DNA of 64,000 bases from Myxococcota bacterium (GCA_044344255.1 JBIJDH010000014.1:32001-96000); one strand, 5' to 3'; counted from the first letter of the stretch, positions 1 through 9,197 are shown. Notes: a model not told the origin generated them from the sequence alone. Translations and numbers: made by a program.

Positions 1-119
1 AGCTCATCCGAGCTCCGTCTGAGATCGCTCCCCCTAATCTGCGCCGGCCCCGGCGGGAGCATCGACGCGGGTCGACGGGGCTCGGGACTCCGATTAGACC
101 GGCCGGCTGGGGGTGTTGC

Positions 120-572
120 GTGGCCGTCGGCAAGAAGACCGTGGGGAAGGGAGCCCCGAGCGCCGGCCGAGCCGCACGACGCGCCGACGGGCCTGCGGTG
201 AGCGACCGGGCCCGCCCCCTCATTGACCTCTTGGGCGCCCTCTTCGAGCCCGCCGAGCTTCGCGCCTTCGTCCAGCGCATGAAGGGGGGCGCCGCCCTCG
301 CCGCCGCCCTCCCCGGCCCCACCACCCCCCGCCCCGCGCTCGCCGCGGCGGCGGTCTCGGCGATCGAGGGGGCCGGCCTGCTCAACGCGGCGCTCTGGAA
401 CGACCTCCTCCGGGCGAAGCCCAAGAACGAGCGCCGGATCACCACCGCCTGGGAGGCCTGGGCTGGCATGGAGGGCGACGACGGGGGGAGGGATGACGAG
501 GGCGCCGAAGACGAGCTGCTCGTCTACTCGGCCGACGCCGGGAAAGAAGAAGAAGAAGAGGACCAGTGGTAG
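120..572 (+). CDS. Hypothetical protein; possible effector-associated (EAD/Death-like) helical domain with acidic tail
   Basis: GTG-start ORF with GC3-rich codons. Core LIDLLGALFEPAELRAFV...LPG...AVSAIEGAGLLNAALWNDLLRAKP resembles the EAD pattern; Asp/Glu-rich C-terminus. Confidence 0.6.
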   Translation: MAVGKKTVGKGAPSAGRAARRADGPAVSDRARPLIDLLGALFEPAELRAFVQRMKGGAALAAALPGPTTPRPALAAAAVSAIEGAGLLNAALWNDLLRAKPKNERRITTAWEAWAGMEGDDGGRDDEGAEDELLVYSADAGKEEEEEDQW

Positions 573-601
573 CCTCCACCACCTCCCATCGGGGTGCGCC
601 C

Positions 602-1525
602 ATGGCCTCTCGTCGCGCCGAACAGACCCGCCCGCCCCGCAGACCCTCCTCCAACAGCGGCGGCGGCGGCGGGAGCAAGCTCCTGCTGGTCGGCTGCCTC
701 GTCGTCTTCCTGCTGCTGCTCTGCTGCGGCGGCCTCGGCGGCGGCGGCCTCTACGGGGTGATGCGCTGGATGAAGGGGCAGACCCCCTACGTCGAGGCGA
801 TGACCGCCCTCTCCACGAACAGCGACTGCGAGCGCCTGCTCGGCCGCCCGATGGAGGACGGCTTCCTGGCCCTCGGCACGATCCAGCGAGACGACGCCGG
901 CGGCACGGCCTCGATGCAGGTGCCGGTCAGCGGCCCGATGGGCAGCGGCCTGCTCCGCTTCGAGGCCACCGCCGAGGGCGACACCTGGGCCTTCTCCACG
1001 CTCCAGCTCACGATGGACGGCAGCGGCGAGCAGATCGACCTCCTCGCGGACGTGCAGGCCGCCCACTCCAACGCCGTGGCCGGCGAGGTGGACGACATCA
1101 TGCGCGAGGCAGAGGCCCTCGCCGGGCAGGGCCGCTTCGACCAGGCGGTGAAACGCTGCGATGACGCGCTCGCCCGCGACCCCGCCCTCCTCCGCGGCTG
1201 GCTGCTGCGCGGACGCGCGAACCTCAGCGCCGGCGAGGTCGCCGCCGCGGAGGCCGACCTCAACCGGGTCCTCGCCCTCTCCCCCGATCACCCCGAGGCC
1301 GCGCTCCACCTCGGGCTGATCTACGAGATGACCGCCCGCCCCGCCGAGTGCGTAGACGCCTTCACCAAGGTGCTGCGGGCCGACAGCAGCGAGGCCCTCC
1401 CTTGGTACCACCGCGCCCTCTGCTTCGAGCGCCTGGAGGAGCCCCGTCAGGCCCTCGCCGGCGCCCGAGAGGCCTGCAGCCGCGGCCTCAGCGACGCCTG
1501 CACGATGGCCAAGCGGCTCGAGTAG
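602..1525 (+). CDS. Membrane-anchored Coa1-like domain plus TPR repeat protein
   Basis: TM segment LLLVGCLVVFLLLLCCGG, then PYVEAM...LLGRP...VPVSGPMGSG...W..STLQL (Coa1-family pattern), then several TPR-like helical repeats. ATG at 602 chosen over GTG at 566. Confidence 0.75.
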   Translation: MASRRAEQTRPPRRPSSNSGGGGGSKLLLVGCLVVFLLLLCCGGLGGGGLYGVMRWMKGQTPYVEAMTALSTNSDCERLLGRPMEDGFLALGTIQRDDAGGTASMQVPVSGPMGSGLLRFEATAEGDTWAFSTLQLTMDGSGEQIDLLADVQAAHSNAVAGEVDDIMREAEALAGQGRFDQAVKRCDDALARDPALLRGWLLRGRANLSAGEVAAAEADLNRVLALSPDHPEAALHLGLIYEMTARPAECVDAFTKVLRADSSEALPWYHRALCFERLEEPRQALAGAREACSRGLSDACTMAKRLE

Positions 1526-1576
1526 GCAGGCCCGGCCTCGCGCCCGGTCCCCCGGACCCCATCCGGAGCGAGCGGC

Positions 1577-2281
1577 TCAGCCTCGGCGGGCGCGCAGCCA
1601 GCGGGCGTGCGGGAGCTCGGTGAAGAGCACCTTGAGGTGGTCCTTACCCACCGGCCAGGAGAGGGCCTTGCTCTCTCCGCCGGCCCGCTGCCCCTCCCGC
1701 GTGGGCAGCTCGGCGATCTTCCAGCCCTGGTGCATGGCCCGGATGCTGATCTGATACTCGATCGGGAAGCGCTTGACCGTCGTGCCGAGGTCGAGGAAGG
1801 CCTGCCGGCGCATCGCTCGGAAGCCGTTGATCGTGTCGGTGACGAAGGGCCCGCGGTGGAAGAAGCCGTTCGCGATGCGCGTGAGCAGCTCATTGACACG
1901 GGCGCGGGCCCGGACAGCGTCCTTCTCTTCGTTCTCGGCCCCGTCGGCGAAGCGGCTGGCGATGGCGAGGTCGAAGCCCTGGATGAGCAGGTCGTCGAGG
2001 CGCTCGATGTCGGCCGGATCTTCGTTGCCGTCCGGGGAGTAGTAGACGATGCGCTCGGTGTCGGAGGCCTCGGCCGCCACCCGGAAGGCGACGCCGCGGC
2101 CGCGGATCGGCTGCGAGAGCACCGGCACCCCGCGGGCCTCCATGAACTCCCGACTGCCGTCGGTCGAGCCTCCGTCTACCGCCACCACCCGGCGGAAGGC
2201 GGCCAGCGGGAGCTGATCCCAGAGGAGTCGGAGGCCGTCGATCTCGTTCAACGTGAGCAGGACGAGCGTGCTGTCGCGCAT
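1577..2281 (-). CDS. Glycosyltransferase family 2 (polyprenyl-phosphate glycosyltransferase-like)
   Basis: TLNE, VDGGSTDG, GRG.A, DG..DP, DTINGFRA and R.GGESK motifs. Confidence 0.9.
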   Translation of the reverse strand: MRDSTLVLLTLNEIDGLRLLWDQLPLAAFRRVVAVDGGSTDGSREFMEARGVPVLSQPIRGRGVAFRVAAEASDTERIVYYSPDGNEDPADIERLDDLLIQGFDLAIASRFADGAENEEKDAVRARARVNELLTRIANGFFHRGPFVTDTINGFRAMRRQAFLDLGTTVKRFPIEYQISIRAMHQGWKIAELPTREGQRAGGESKALSWPVGKDHLKVLFTELPHARWLRARRG

Positions 2282-3273
2282 CAGGGCCCCAGGAGGTGTT
2301 GCTGCTCTAAGAAGGCGAGGACCTTTCGGGCGATGAGGTCGCTGCCGTCCGCGTTCGCGTGGCCCCGATCTCGCTCGAAGTAGAGCAGCTTGTCCCGGGT
2401 GGCCGCCTCCATCTCGCCCTGAAAGTCGAGGTACGGCACACCCAAGGCCTCCGCGGCGGCCTCCTGGATGTGCCGGTGCTCAGCGGTGTATCCGGAGCGC
2501 TCGAGCGGGTAGCCGAAGATGACCGGCGCGCCGCCCACCGCCCGCACCCGCTCGACCAGCGCCCGAAGGTTGGCGACGTAGTCTTCGGGGGGCACGCGGA
2601 AGACGCCGTCCTCGCCGCCCTCCACCCGCTCCTTGGCCTGGATCTGGACCGAGCCCAAGAGCGACTTCACGCCGAGGTAGAGCTTGAGGTTGTAGAGGAG
2701 GTGGTCCTTCAGGAAGCGAGCGTCCTGCTGGAGGATCGCCTGGCTCTTGTCGGTGTAGGCGGCCTTGCGGGCGTCTTGGACGAGGAAGCCGATGATCACG
2801 ACGTCGGGCTGGTAGTCGTGGAGCAGACCGTCCCAGAGCCAAAGGCCCTGGAAGCTCGAGTAGCCGGGCTGCCCGGCGTTGATGACCTCGAGGTCTGCGT
2901 GGCCCGCCTCCCGGCCCAGCACCTCGAGGCGGTAGGGGTAGCTCTGCTCATCCTCGACGCCCCAGCCGAAGGTGGTGGAGCAGCCCATCGCCATCACGCG
3001 ACGCCGGTCTGCGGGCTTCTTCTGCTCGTGGATGGGAGCGCGGAGGCCGTGGGCGTCGGTGGAGACGCCGAAGACGCGGCCCTCTTCCTTGTGCTCCTTC
3101 TGGTCCCGCTTCAGGTTCGGGTCGAGCAGCCAATAGGGCTCAGCGTGGGTGAAGCTGTCCTTGAAGGAGGGCCAGCCGGCCGCGCGCAGGCCGAGCTCAG
3201 CCCCACCGAGCACGGTCCCCGCCGTGATCAGCGAGAAGACCAGCTTGCGACCGACGCTCGTGCCCTCAGCCAC
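2281..3273 (-). CDS. SGNH/GDSL hydrolase family protein, membrane-anchored
   Basis: N-terminal TM with ELGLR, then GCSTTFGWG (block I), INAGQPGYSS and DRGHAN (D-x-x-H). GTG start at 3273 lies just after the upstream stop. Confidence 0.85.
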   Translation of the reverse strand: MAEGTSVGRKLVFSLITAGTVLGGAELGLRAAGWPSFKDSFTHAEPYWLLDPNLKRDQKEHKEEGRVFGVSTDAHGLRAPIHEQKKPADRRRVMAMGCSTTFGWGVEDEQSYPYRLEVLGREAGHADLEVINAGQPGYSSFQGLWLWDGLLHDYQPDVVIIGFLVQDARKAAYTDKSQAILQQDARFLKDHLLYNLKLYLGVKSLLGSVQIQAKERVEGGEDGVFRVPPEDYVANLRALVERVRAVGGAPVIFGYPLERSGYTAEHRHIQEAAAEALGVPYLDFQGEMEAATRDKLLYFERDRGHANADGSDLIARKVLAFLEQQHLLGP

Positions 3274-3275
3274 GC

Positions 3276-4148
3276 TCAGTCTCCGATGCCGCTGGAGGGG
3301 GAGATCTCGATCGCGGTGTGGTCTTCGATGCTCCCCGACTTGAACCACACGTTGTCGTAGAGCGTGTCGTCGTTGATGCGGTAGCTGATCTCCCCGTGTT
3401 CGGGCGCCACGAAGACGAGCTTCGAGCCCACGGGCTTGATCACCTCGACCCCCTCGGGGCTCACGAAGCGCAGCACCAGGATCCCCTGGTAGCAGCCCTC
3501 GAGGTTGCAAGGCAGCGTCGTGCTGCCGAGCGTGGGCTTGTCCTTGTCTCCCTCGACCGTGATCCAGGGGCCGTCGGGGGCGAGGCGGTACTTGTCGCTC
3601 ACCGTGCCGGTGACCCGGATGGTGTCCCCCTTACAGATGGGCAAGATACGCTGCCAGGACTGGCCGATGTCGAGGTAGTCGAACATCGTGTAGTTGAAGG
3701 GCGAGACACACTGGCCCGAATTCAGCTTCGCCGACAGGCTGCGCAGCCACTCGCCCCAGGCCTCCTTGCTCCCGCCCGTGGCGGCGATCTTGCACTGATC
3801 CAGGTTCTGGCGGGCGACACCCTCGATGGCCTCGGGGCGGCCGAGGAGGATGTTCTCCACGGACTCGGCCGGGGTCTCCGGCAGGCTGAGGCCGTCGGTG
3901 TGCTCCCCCTTCCACTGCTTGAGCATCTCGTTGAGCGCCTCGCCGCGGGCCTTCCGGCGGGACATCTCATCCAGCTTGCTGAAGTCAGGGGGGTAGTAGC
4001 AGTCGAAGGACCAGGTCGCCTCCTTCTGCCACCCGACCGGCGGCGGCGGCGGCGGGCCCTTCTTCTTCTTGGCGAAGCAGGCCGGCGAGGCGGCCAGGGC
4101 GACGAGGGCGAGCGCGGCGATGCGAAGGGTGGAGGCGTTGGCGGACAT
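3276..4148 (-). CDS. Secreted protein with possible C-terminal LecA/PA-IL-like lectin domain
   Basis: Signal peptide MSANASTLRIAALALVALAASPACFA. C-terminal W...KGDTIRVTG...PVG...APEHGEISYRINDDTLYDN resembles the PA-IL-like pattern. Confidence 0.7.
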   Translation of the reverse strand: MSANASTLRIAALALVALAASPACFAKKKKGPPPPPPVGWQKEATWSFDCYYPPDFSKLDEMSRRKARGEALNEMLKQWKGEHTDGLSLPETPAESVENILLGRPEAIEGVARQNLDQCKIAATGGSKEAWGEWLRSLSAKLNSGQCVSPFNYTMFDYLDIGQSWQRILPICKGDTIRVTGTVSDKYRLAPDGPWITVEGDKDKPTLGSTTLPCNLEGCYQGILVLRFVSPEGVEVIKPVGSKLVFVAPEHGEISYRINDDTLYDNVWFKSGSIEDHTAIEISPSSGIGD

Positions 4149-4215
4149 CAGGCGACCTCTCGGAGGGGTGGCATTGAATAGCCCGGTCGCCCCCGGACAG
4201 TCGAGGGCGAGGCCA

Positions 4216-4260
4216 ATTCCTGCAACACCGAATCCTGCAACACCGAATCCTGCCACACCA
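4216..4260. repeat. Three tandem 15-bp repeats (AATCCTGCAACACCG)
   Basis: attcctgcaacaccg / aatcctgcaacaccg / aatcctgccacacca in the intergenic region. Confidence 0.9.
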
Positions 4261-4261
4261 G

Positions 4262-4297
4262 ACGAAGAACGGGGAAGCCCCAGTGGAGCTTCCCCGT
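4262..4297 (-). terminator. Intrinsic terminator downstream of atpE
   Basis: 10-bp stem ACGGGGAAGC (4269-4278) / GCTTCCCCGT (4288-4297), followed on the minus strand by TCTTCGT. Confidence 0.7.
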
Positions 4298-4336
4298 CCC
4301 CGAGGTGACGGAGCCCGGGAGGGCCCCGCCGAAGCC

Positions 4337-4651
4337 TCAGATCTTGCCGGTGAGCTGGATGCCGATCACCAGCGCGTAGATGACCAGGGACTCGATGAGG
4401 GCGAGGCCGATGATCATCGGGGTGAAGATCTTGCCGGAGGCGGCGGGGTTGCGGGCGATGCCCTCGAGGGCAGCCGTGGCGGCGCGGCCCTGGGCGATGG
4501 CGCCGCCGGCAGCGGCGATGCCGATGGCGAGGCCGGCGCCGAGGCCGACGTAGCCCTTGTAGCTGGCGCCGCCGTCCTGTGCGAAGGCGGTGCTCGACAT
4601 CATGAGGAGCGCGAACATGACGGGCAGCACGCGGAACAGCTTGGACTTCAT
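4337..4651 (-). CDS. atpE: F0F1 ATP synthase subunit c
   Basis: GLGAGLAIGIAAAGGAIAQG...EGIARNP...IIGLALIESLVIYAL. ATG at 4651 with a GAGGA RBS. Confidence 0.97.
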   Translation of the reverse strand: MKSKLFRVLPVMFALLMMSSTAFAQDGGASYKGYVGLGAGLAIGIAAAGGAIAQGRAATAALEGIARNPAASGKIFTPMIIGLALIESLVIYALVIGIQLTGKI

Positions 4652-4698
4652 CTTTTCCTCCGAATCGAGTAAACGGGGTGGTTGGTCGCCGGCGGGGC

Positions 4699-5442
4699 TC
4701 AGTGCCCCTCCTCGTGAGCGACGGCGAGAGAGACGTATACGCAGGTGAGGAGCGTGAACACGAAGGCCTGGACGAACGAGACGAAGATCCCGAGGCCCAG
4801 GAAGATCGACGGGATGACGACGGGCACGAGGTCGGACATAATTCCGAAGACGGTGTGGTCGCCGTAGATGTTGCCCATGAGGCGGAGCGACAGCGAGACC
4901 GGCCGGACGCAGAGCCCGATGACCTCGACGACCAGCATCAGCGGGGCCAGCCACCAGACCGGCCCGAGCAGATGCTTGACGTAGTGGACGCCGTTGCGCG
5001 CGAGGCCCGCCACGTTGAAGACCACGAAGACCGTGAGCCCCAGCGCGAGGTTGCTGCTGAAGTTGTCGGTGGGGGGGAGCCCGCCCGGCAGGATGGAGAC
5101 GAGGTTGCCGAACAGCACGTAGATGAACAGGCCGCCGATCAACCAGAAGAAGGCACGGGCGTCCTTCTTCCCCATGATCCCCTCGGCGAGATCGAAGATC
5201 GCGCTCGTGTAGATCTCGAAGAAGTGCCGGATGGTGAGCGAGCTCTCGGGGACGAACTGCATCGTCCCCCCCTTGGCTTGGAGCGAGCCAAGGCCGCTGC
5301 GCGCCACGAGGGCCAGGCCCACGAGGACAAAACAAACAGCCCAATTCGAGAGTACGGCGATGGCGTCGCCGTGGTCCATGCCCATGGCCTCCAGCGCGTG
5401 CGCTGGGCCTTCGAGGAGCTGGAGCCAGGAGAAGTGATACAT
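4699..5442 (-). CDS. atpB: F0F1 ATP synthase subunit a
   Basis: RPVSLSLRLMGNIYGDH and VQAFVFTLLT.VY motifs. Confidence 0.97.
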   Translation of the reverse strand: MYHFSWLQLLEGPAHALEAMGMDHGDAIAVLSNWAVCFVLVGLALVARSGLGSLQAKGGTMQFVPESSLTIRHFFEIYTSAIFDLAEGIMGKKDARAFFWLIGGLFIYVLFGNLVSILPGGLPPTDNFSSNLALGLTVFVVFNVAGLARNGVHYVKHLLGPVWWLAPLMLVVEVIGLCVRPVSLSLRLMGNIYGDHTVFGIMSDLVPVVIPSIFLGLGIFVSFVQAFVFTLLTCVYVSLAVAHEEGH

Positions 5443-5816
5443 CAGCCCTCTCCGACCTGGAGTTCAGAACGTAGCCCGAGGATGGCGTGGAGCAGGATGG
5501 CGGAGACCACCACCGAGCTCCCCATGGCCACAGCCTCGAAGGGAAAACGGCCGCCGAGCCACCACAGGGTGAGCACCAGCAGACCGAACTTGAGCACATG
5601 CGTGAGGACCGGCAGCGCCGAGCCCTCACCGGTCGCCGCCGACCGGAGGAGCCCGCGGACCACGAAGGCCCACACGAGCAGGTTGGCGAGCACCAGCCCG
5701 CCCGAGACCGCCACGCCCGCCGCGAACTCGACGCCGCCGATCCCCGCACCTACGGCCGACATCACCACCAACACGAGGGTGGCGCTAATCGCGAGGCTTC
5801 GGAGGCTCACGGTCAT
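5442..5816 (-). CDS. atpI: ATP synthase protein I
   Basis: Four-TM hydrophobic ORF coupled to atpB, with ANL..W and LKF patterns. Confidence 0.8.
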   Translation of the reverse strand: MTVSLRSLAISATLVLVVMSAVGAGIGGVEFAAGVAVSGGLVLANLLVWAFVVRGLLRSAATGEGSALPVLTHVLKFGLLVLTLWWLGGRFPFEAVAMGSSVVVSAILLHAILGLRSELQVGEG

Positions 5817-6027
5817 CCAGGGCGCTCTGGTGTTGGAGGGTGAGGAGGAGGTGCCGGAAGCCGATGATCAGCCCGGCCAGGGAGAGCGTGATGATGAAGA
5901 CGGGGGAGGAGCCGAGCTGACCGTCCGCCCAAGTCCCCGCGAGCACACCGAGGGTGACCAGGATCGCCACCTCGAACACACCAGCGGTGACCCGACCGAG
6001 GACCCGCATCAGCTCGGGATCAAACAT
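5785..6027 (-). CDS. atpZ: AtpZ/AtpI family protein
   Basis: G..AG.W.D..LGSSP.F.I.....G...GF pattern; first gene of the F0 cluster. Confidence 0.8.
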   Translation of the reverse strand: MFDPELMRVLGRVTAGVFEVAILVTLGVLAGTWADGQLGSSPVFIITLSLAGLIIGFRHLLLTLQHQSALDDREPPKPRD

Positions 6028-6165
6028 CCCGGTGACCTAAGTCGTTGGCGGTGCGCTGGAGAGGAAGAGGGGCGGTGGGTCGATCCGTGCCGGGGGCGAC
6101 GGGTCGTTCAGAGAGGGCCGGCCGTCTATTCCGGGCGCCGTCGGGCGTCCAGGGCCCGCCGCGGT

Positions 6166-7437
6166 TCAACCGGCCGCCAGGGCCCGTCGGAGCCCCGCGA
6201 TCACCGCTTCGAGCTCGTCGTCCGAGAGGGAGGCGGGCAGGAAGGCGGCCTCGTACTGCGCCGGCGGGAGGTAGACCCCCTCCTCGAGACAACGCCGATG
6301 GAAACGACCGAAAGCCGGGAAGTCAGCCTCCCGGACCTCCGTGAAATTGCGCGGGGCGGTCGCCCGGTAAAAGATCGTGAACATCGAGCCGACCCGCGTA
6401 AAGGAGAGGCCCTTCTCCGCGATCATCGAAGCGAGGCCGGCCTCGAGGCGGGCCCCCAAGGCCTCCAGGCGATCGTAGACCGCCGGCACCAGCTTGCGCA
6501 GCATCGCCCGCCCCGCCGCCACCGCGACCGGGTTCCCCGAGAGCGTGCCGGCCTGATAGACCGGCCCGGCAGGGCTCAGGCGGCTCATGATCTCGCGGCG
6601 ACCGCCGAAGGCCGCCAGCGGCATACCGCCGCCCGCGATCTTGCCGAGGGTGACGAGGTCGGGGTCGAGGCCGTACCGCTCGACCGCGCCGCCCCGGGCG
6701 AGGCGGAAGCCGGTCATCACCTCATCGATGATCAGCAAGGCGCCGTGCGCCTTACAGAGGGCCTGCAGGCCGCGGAGGTACCCCTCTTCGGGGGGGATGC
6801 AGCCCATGTTGCCGGGCACGGGCTCCGTGATCACCGCGGCGACGGGGTGGGCCACGAGGTGCCGTTCGATCGCGGCGAGATCGTTGAAGGGCGCGGTGAG
6901 GGTGAGCGCGGCGACGGCGTCGGGGATGCCCGGGGATCCCGGCCGGGCGAAGGTGGCCACCCCCGAGCCCGCCGCGACGAGCATGGCGTCATGCGACCCA
7001 TGAAAGTTGCCGTCGATCTTCACGATGAGGTCACGGCCGGTGAAGCCGCGGGCGAGGCGCACCGCGTGCATCGTCGCTTCGGTGCCCGACGAGCAGAGCC
7101 GCACCATCTCGAGGGCGGGGTGCGCCGCGCAGAGCTCTTCGGCGAAGAGGATCTCGGCCTCGGTGGGGGCGCCGAAGCTCGTGCCGCGCAGCGCGGCGGC
7201 GGTGATCGCGCCCACGACCTCCGGATCCGCGTGACCGAAGAGCAGGGGCCCCCAGGAGCCCACGAGGTCGATGTAGCGGTTGCCATCGACGTCAACGAGG
7301 GTGTTCCCCTCCCCGTGCGAGATGAAGATCGGGTCTCCGCCGACGGCGGCGAAGGCCCGTACGGGGGAGTTCACCCCGCCCGGGATGCGGCCTTGGGCGA
7401 GGGCAAAGAGCTGCTGGGAACGTTCGGTGCGGAGCAT
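6166..7437 (-). CDS. hemL: Glutamate-1-semialdehyde 2,1-aminomutase
   Basis: IPGGVNSPVRAF, SGTEATM, DEVMTGFR, LGKIAGGGMP and YQAGTLSGNP motifs. Confidence 0.98.
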   Translation of the reverse strand: MLRTERSQQLFALAQGRIPGGVNSPVRAFAAVGGDPIFISHGEGNTLVDVDGNRYIDLVGSWGPLLFGHADPEVVGAITAAALRGTSFGAPTEAEILFAEELCAAHPALEMVRLCSSGTEATMHAVRLARGFTGRDLIVKIDGNFHGSHDAMLVAAGSGVATFARPGSPGIPDAVAALTLTAPFNDLAAIERHLVAHPVAAVITEPVPGNMGCIPPEEGYLRGLQALCKAHGALLIIDEVMTGFRLARGGAVERYGLDPDLVTLGKIAGGGMPLAAFGGRREIMSRLSPAGPVYQAGTLSGNPVAVAAGRAMLRKLVPAVYDRLEALGARLEAGLASMIAEKGLSFTRVGSMFTIFYRATAPRNFTEVREADFPAFGRFHRRCLEEGVYLPPAQYEAAFLPASLSDDELEAVIAGLRRALAAG

Positions 7438-7568
7438 GCGACCTCCAGGGAGGCGCCCTTAACGCCCCGAGGCGGCCTCGGGCCTTGGCCAGCCTCCGGG
7501 GCCTCCACGCCTCGCCTTGTGTCTGAGCATGCTCGGCGATAACCGAGCCCACAAACCCGAGAGCACCC

Positions 7569-8813
7569 ATGGCCAAGCCCCCTCGTTCCGACACCCGCCC
7601 CCGACTCGCGACGCTCGGGCTCACCTTGCTGGCGGCGGTCGCAGGGCTCTTCCCCGCGGCGTTGGCGGGCCAGGACTCGGGGAGCTGCACCGAGGCGATG
7701 GTCAAGGAGTGTAAGGACGACCCCTGCGACGCCCGCTGCCTGCCCTGCCGTGGCGATCCTCGCGTGCAGCAGTGCGCTCTCGGCAACACAGGCGCCGGCG
7801 TCACCGGCGGCTCGCTCTTCTGCCGGGAGCAGCCCGCAGACCCGCTCTGCCGGCCAGCGGTCGGGCCCTCAGGGGGCATCCTGCCCGAGCCCACCGCAGA
7901 GGGCGGCCCCGACGGTGAGGGCATCAAGCTGCTGGCCCTCAGCTCCCTCTCCGGCCTCCGATCCGCCGTCCTCGAGCTCTCCTTCGCCGGCCGCCAGATC
8001 CCCGGGCGCATCCTCGGCACGCCGCGGAGCTCGGGCACCGTCGATCTCGGTCAGCCCTCCTATTTCATGGGCACCTCTGACATCAACGGAGACGGCCTCC
8101 CCGACCTCCTCGCCGGCCCCATCCACTTCGAGGGCCTCGACGCCTTGCGGGTTGACCTGAAGGTCGCCCTGCGCGGCCCGGACGGCTTCGTCGAGGGGCC
8201 CCTGGTCCTCTCTTTCGGGGCCCACCGCCAGGCCTGGGGCTCCGCCGCGGCCCCCGTCGAGGCCTGGCAGGTCGATCTGCTCATCCTCCGCGGTGAGGAA
8301 GGTCGGGTGCTCTTCCAGACCGGAAACCTGCCGGTCTCCCTGGGCTTCAGCTGGCCCGGGGTCGAATACCTCTCCGTGCTGACCCGGCAGGAGAGCGAGC
8401 TCGTCCTCGCCGAGAGCCTGATCTGGCGCCGCCGCGAGATCTACGGCACCGCCCTCGCCTCGGCCTCCCTCGGCAAGGACAGCAGCCAAGGCAACCTGAC
8501 TTGGTCGAACATCACCGCCGAGGGCATCCGGAGCTCCGGCGCCGTCGACGTCACCGCCAGCGCCAAGACCCTCCGGCGAGCCGAGCAGCTCTTCACCGGC
8601 CGGTCCGGCACCATGGGCCAGATGGCCGACGTGCTCCTGCTGGTAGACGGCAAAGACCGCCAGATGACCGTCGTGCGCCCCGACAAGAAGGGCCGCCTCA
8701 AGCCGAAGCGGATGGACGCCATCAAGCCCGACCTCTCCTGGACCGGCTTCGACGGCTCGACCCTGCTCGACCGGGTCGTCTGGGACGCCATCGCCGACGC
8801 CATCCCCCGCTGA
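7569..8813 (+). CDS. Secreted hypothetical protein with N-terminal Cys-rich domain
   Basis: Signal peptide ending ALA; 8 Cys within about 55 aa; one DINGDGLPDL Ca-binding-like motif. Confidence 0.75.
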   Translation: MAKPPRSDTRPRLATLGLTLLAAVAGLFPAALAGQDSGSCTEAMVKECKDDPCDARCLPCRGDPRVQQCALGNTGAGVTGGSLFCREQPADPLCRPAVGPSGGILPEPTAEGGPDGEGIKLLALSSLSGLRSAVLELSFAGRQIPGRILGTPRSSGTVDLGQPSYFMGTSDINGDGLPDLLAGPIHFEGLDALRVDLKVALRGPDGFVEGPLVLSFGAHRQAWGSAAAPVEAWQVDLLILRGEEGRVLFQTGNLPVSLGFSWPGVEYLSVLTRQESELVLAESLIWRRREIYGTALASASLGKDSSQGNLTWSNITAEGIRSSGAVDVTASAKTLRRAEQLFTGRSGTMGQMADVLLLVDGKDRQMTVVRPDKKGRLKPKRMDAIKPDLSWTGFDGSTLLDRVVWDAIADAIPR

Positions 8814-8879
8814 GCGCGACCGCGAGCCACCACCAGGGGCGAAATCACACCCCCGGTGGGCCGCCTCGCCCGCCACCGT

Positions 8880-9197
8880 TCAGGCGCAGTCGCGACAGCT
8901 GTGCGTCGTGGGCAGCGCCGCGAGGCGCGCGGCGTCGATCTCCTCGCCACAGCTCGAACACCGGCCGTAGATACCGGCCTCCGCTCGCTGCAGCGCGGTC
9001 TCGAGCTCCCGGATCTCCGCCCGGTACCGCTCGTCGATGTGGTCCATCACCTCTTCATTCCCGAGGGCCTGGGCCTGATCCTGGGAGTCAGCGGGGAGCT
9101 CGAGGCGCATCCGGTGACCGTCAACCCTCCCCTGGCGGGCCTGGAGCTCTTGGAGCCGGCCGCGGAGCGAAGAGACGAGGGTTTCAGAGCTGGACAT
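8880..9197 (-). CDS. TraR/DksA C4-type zinc finger protein
   Basis: DSQDQA (DxxDxA) coiled-coil tip; YGRCSSCGEEI..ARL.ALP....CRDC. Confidence 0.92.
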   Translation of the reverse strand: MSSSETLVSSLRGRLQELQARQGRVDGHRMRLELPADSQDQAQALGNEEVMDHIDERYRAEIRELETALQRAEAGIYGRCSSCGEEIDAARLAALPTTHSCRDCA

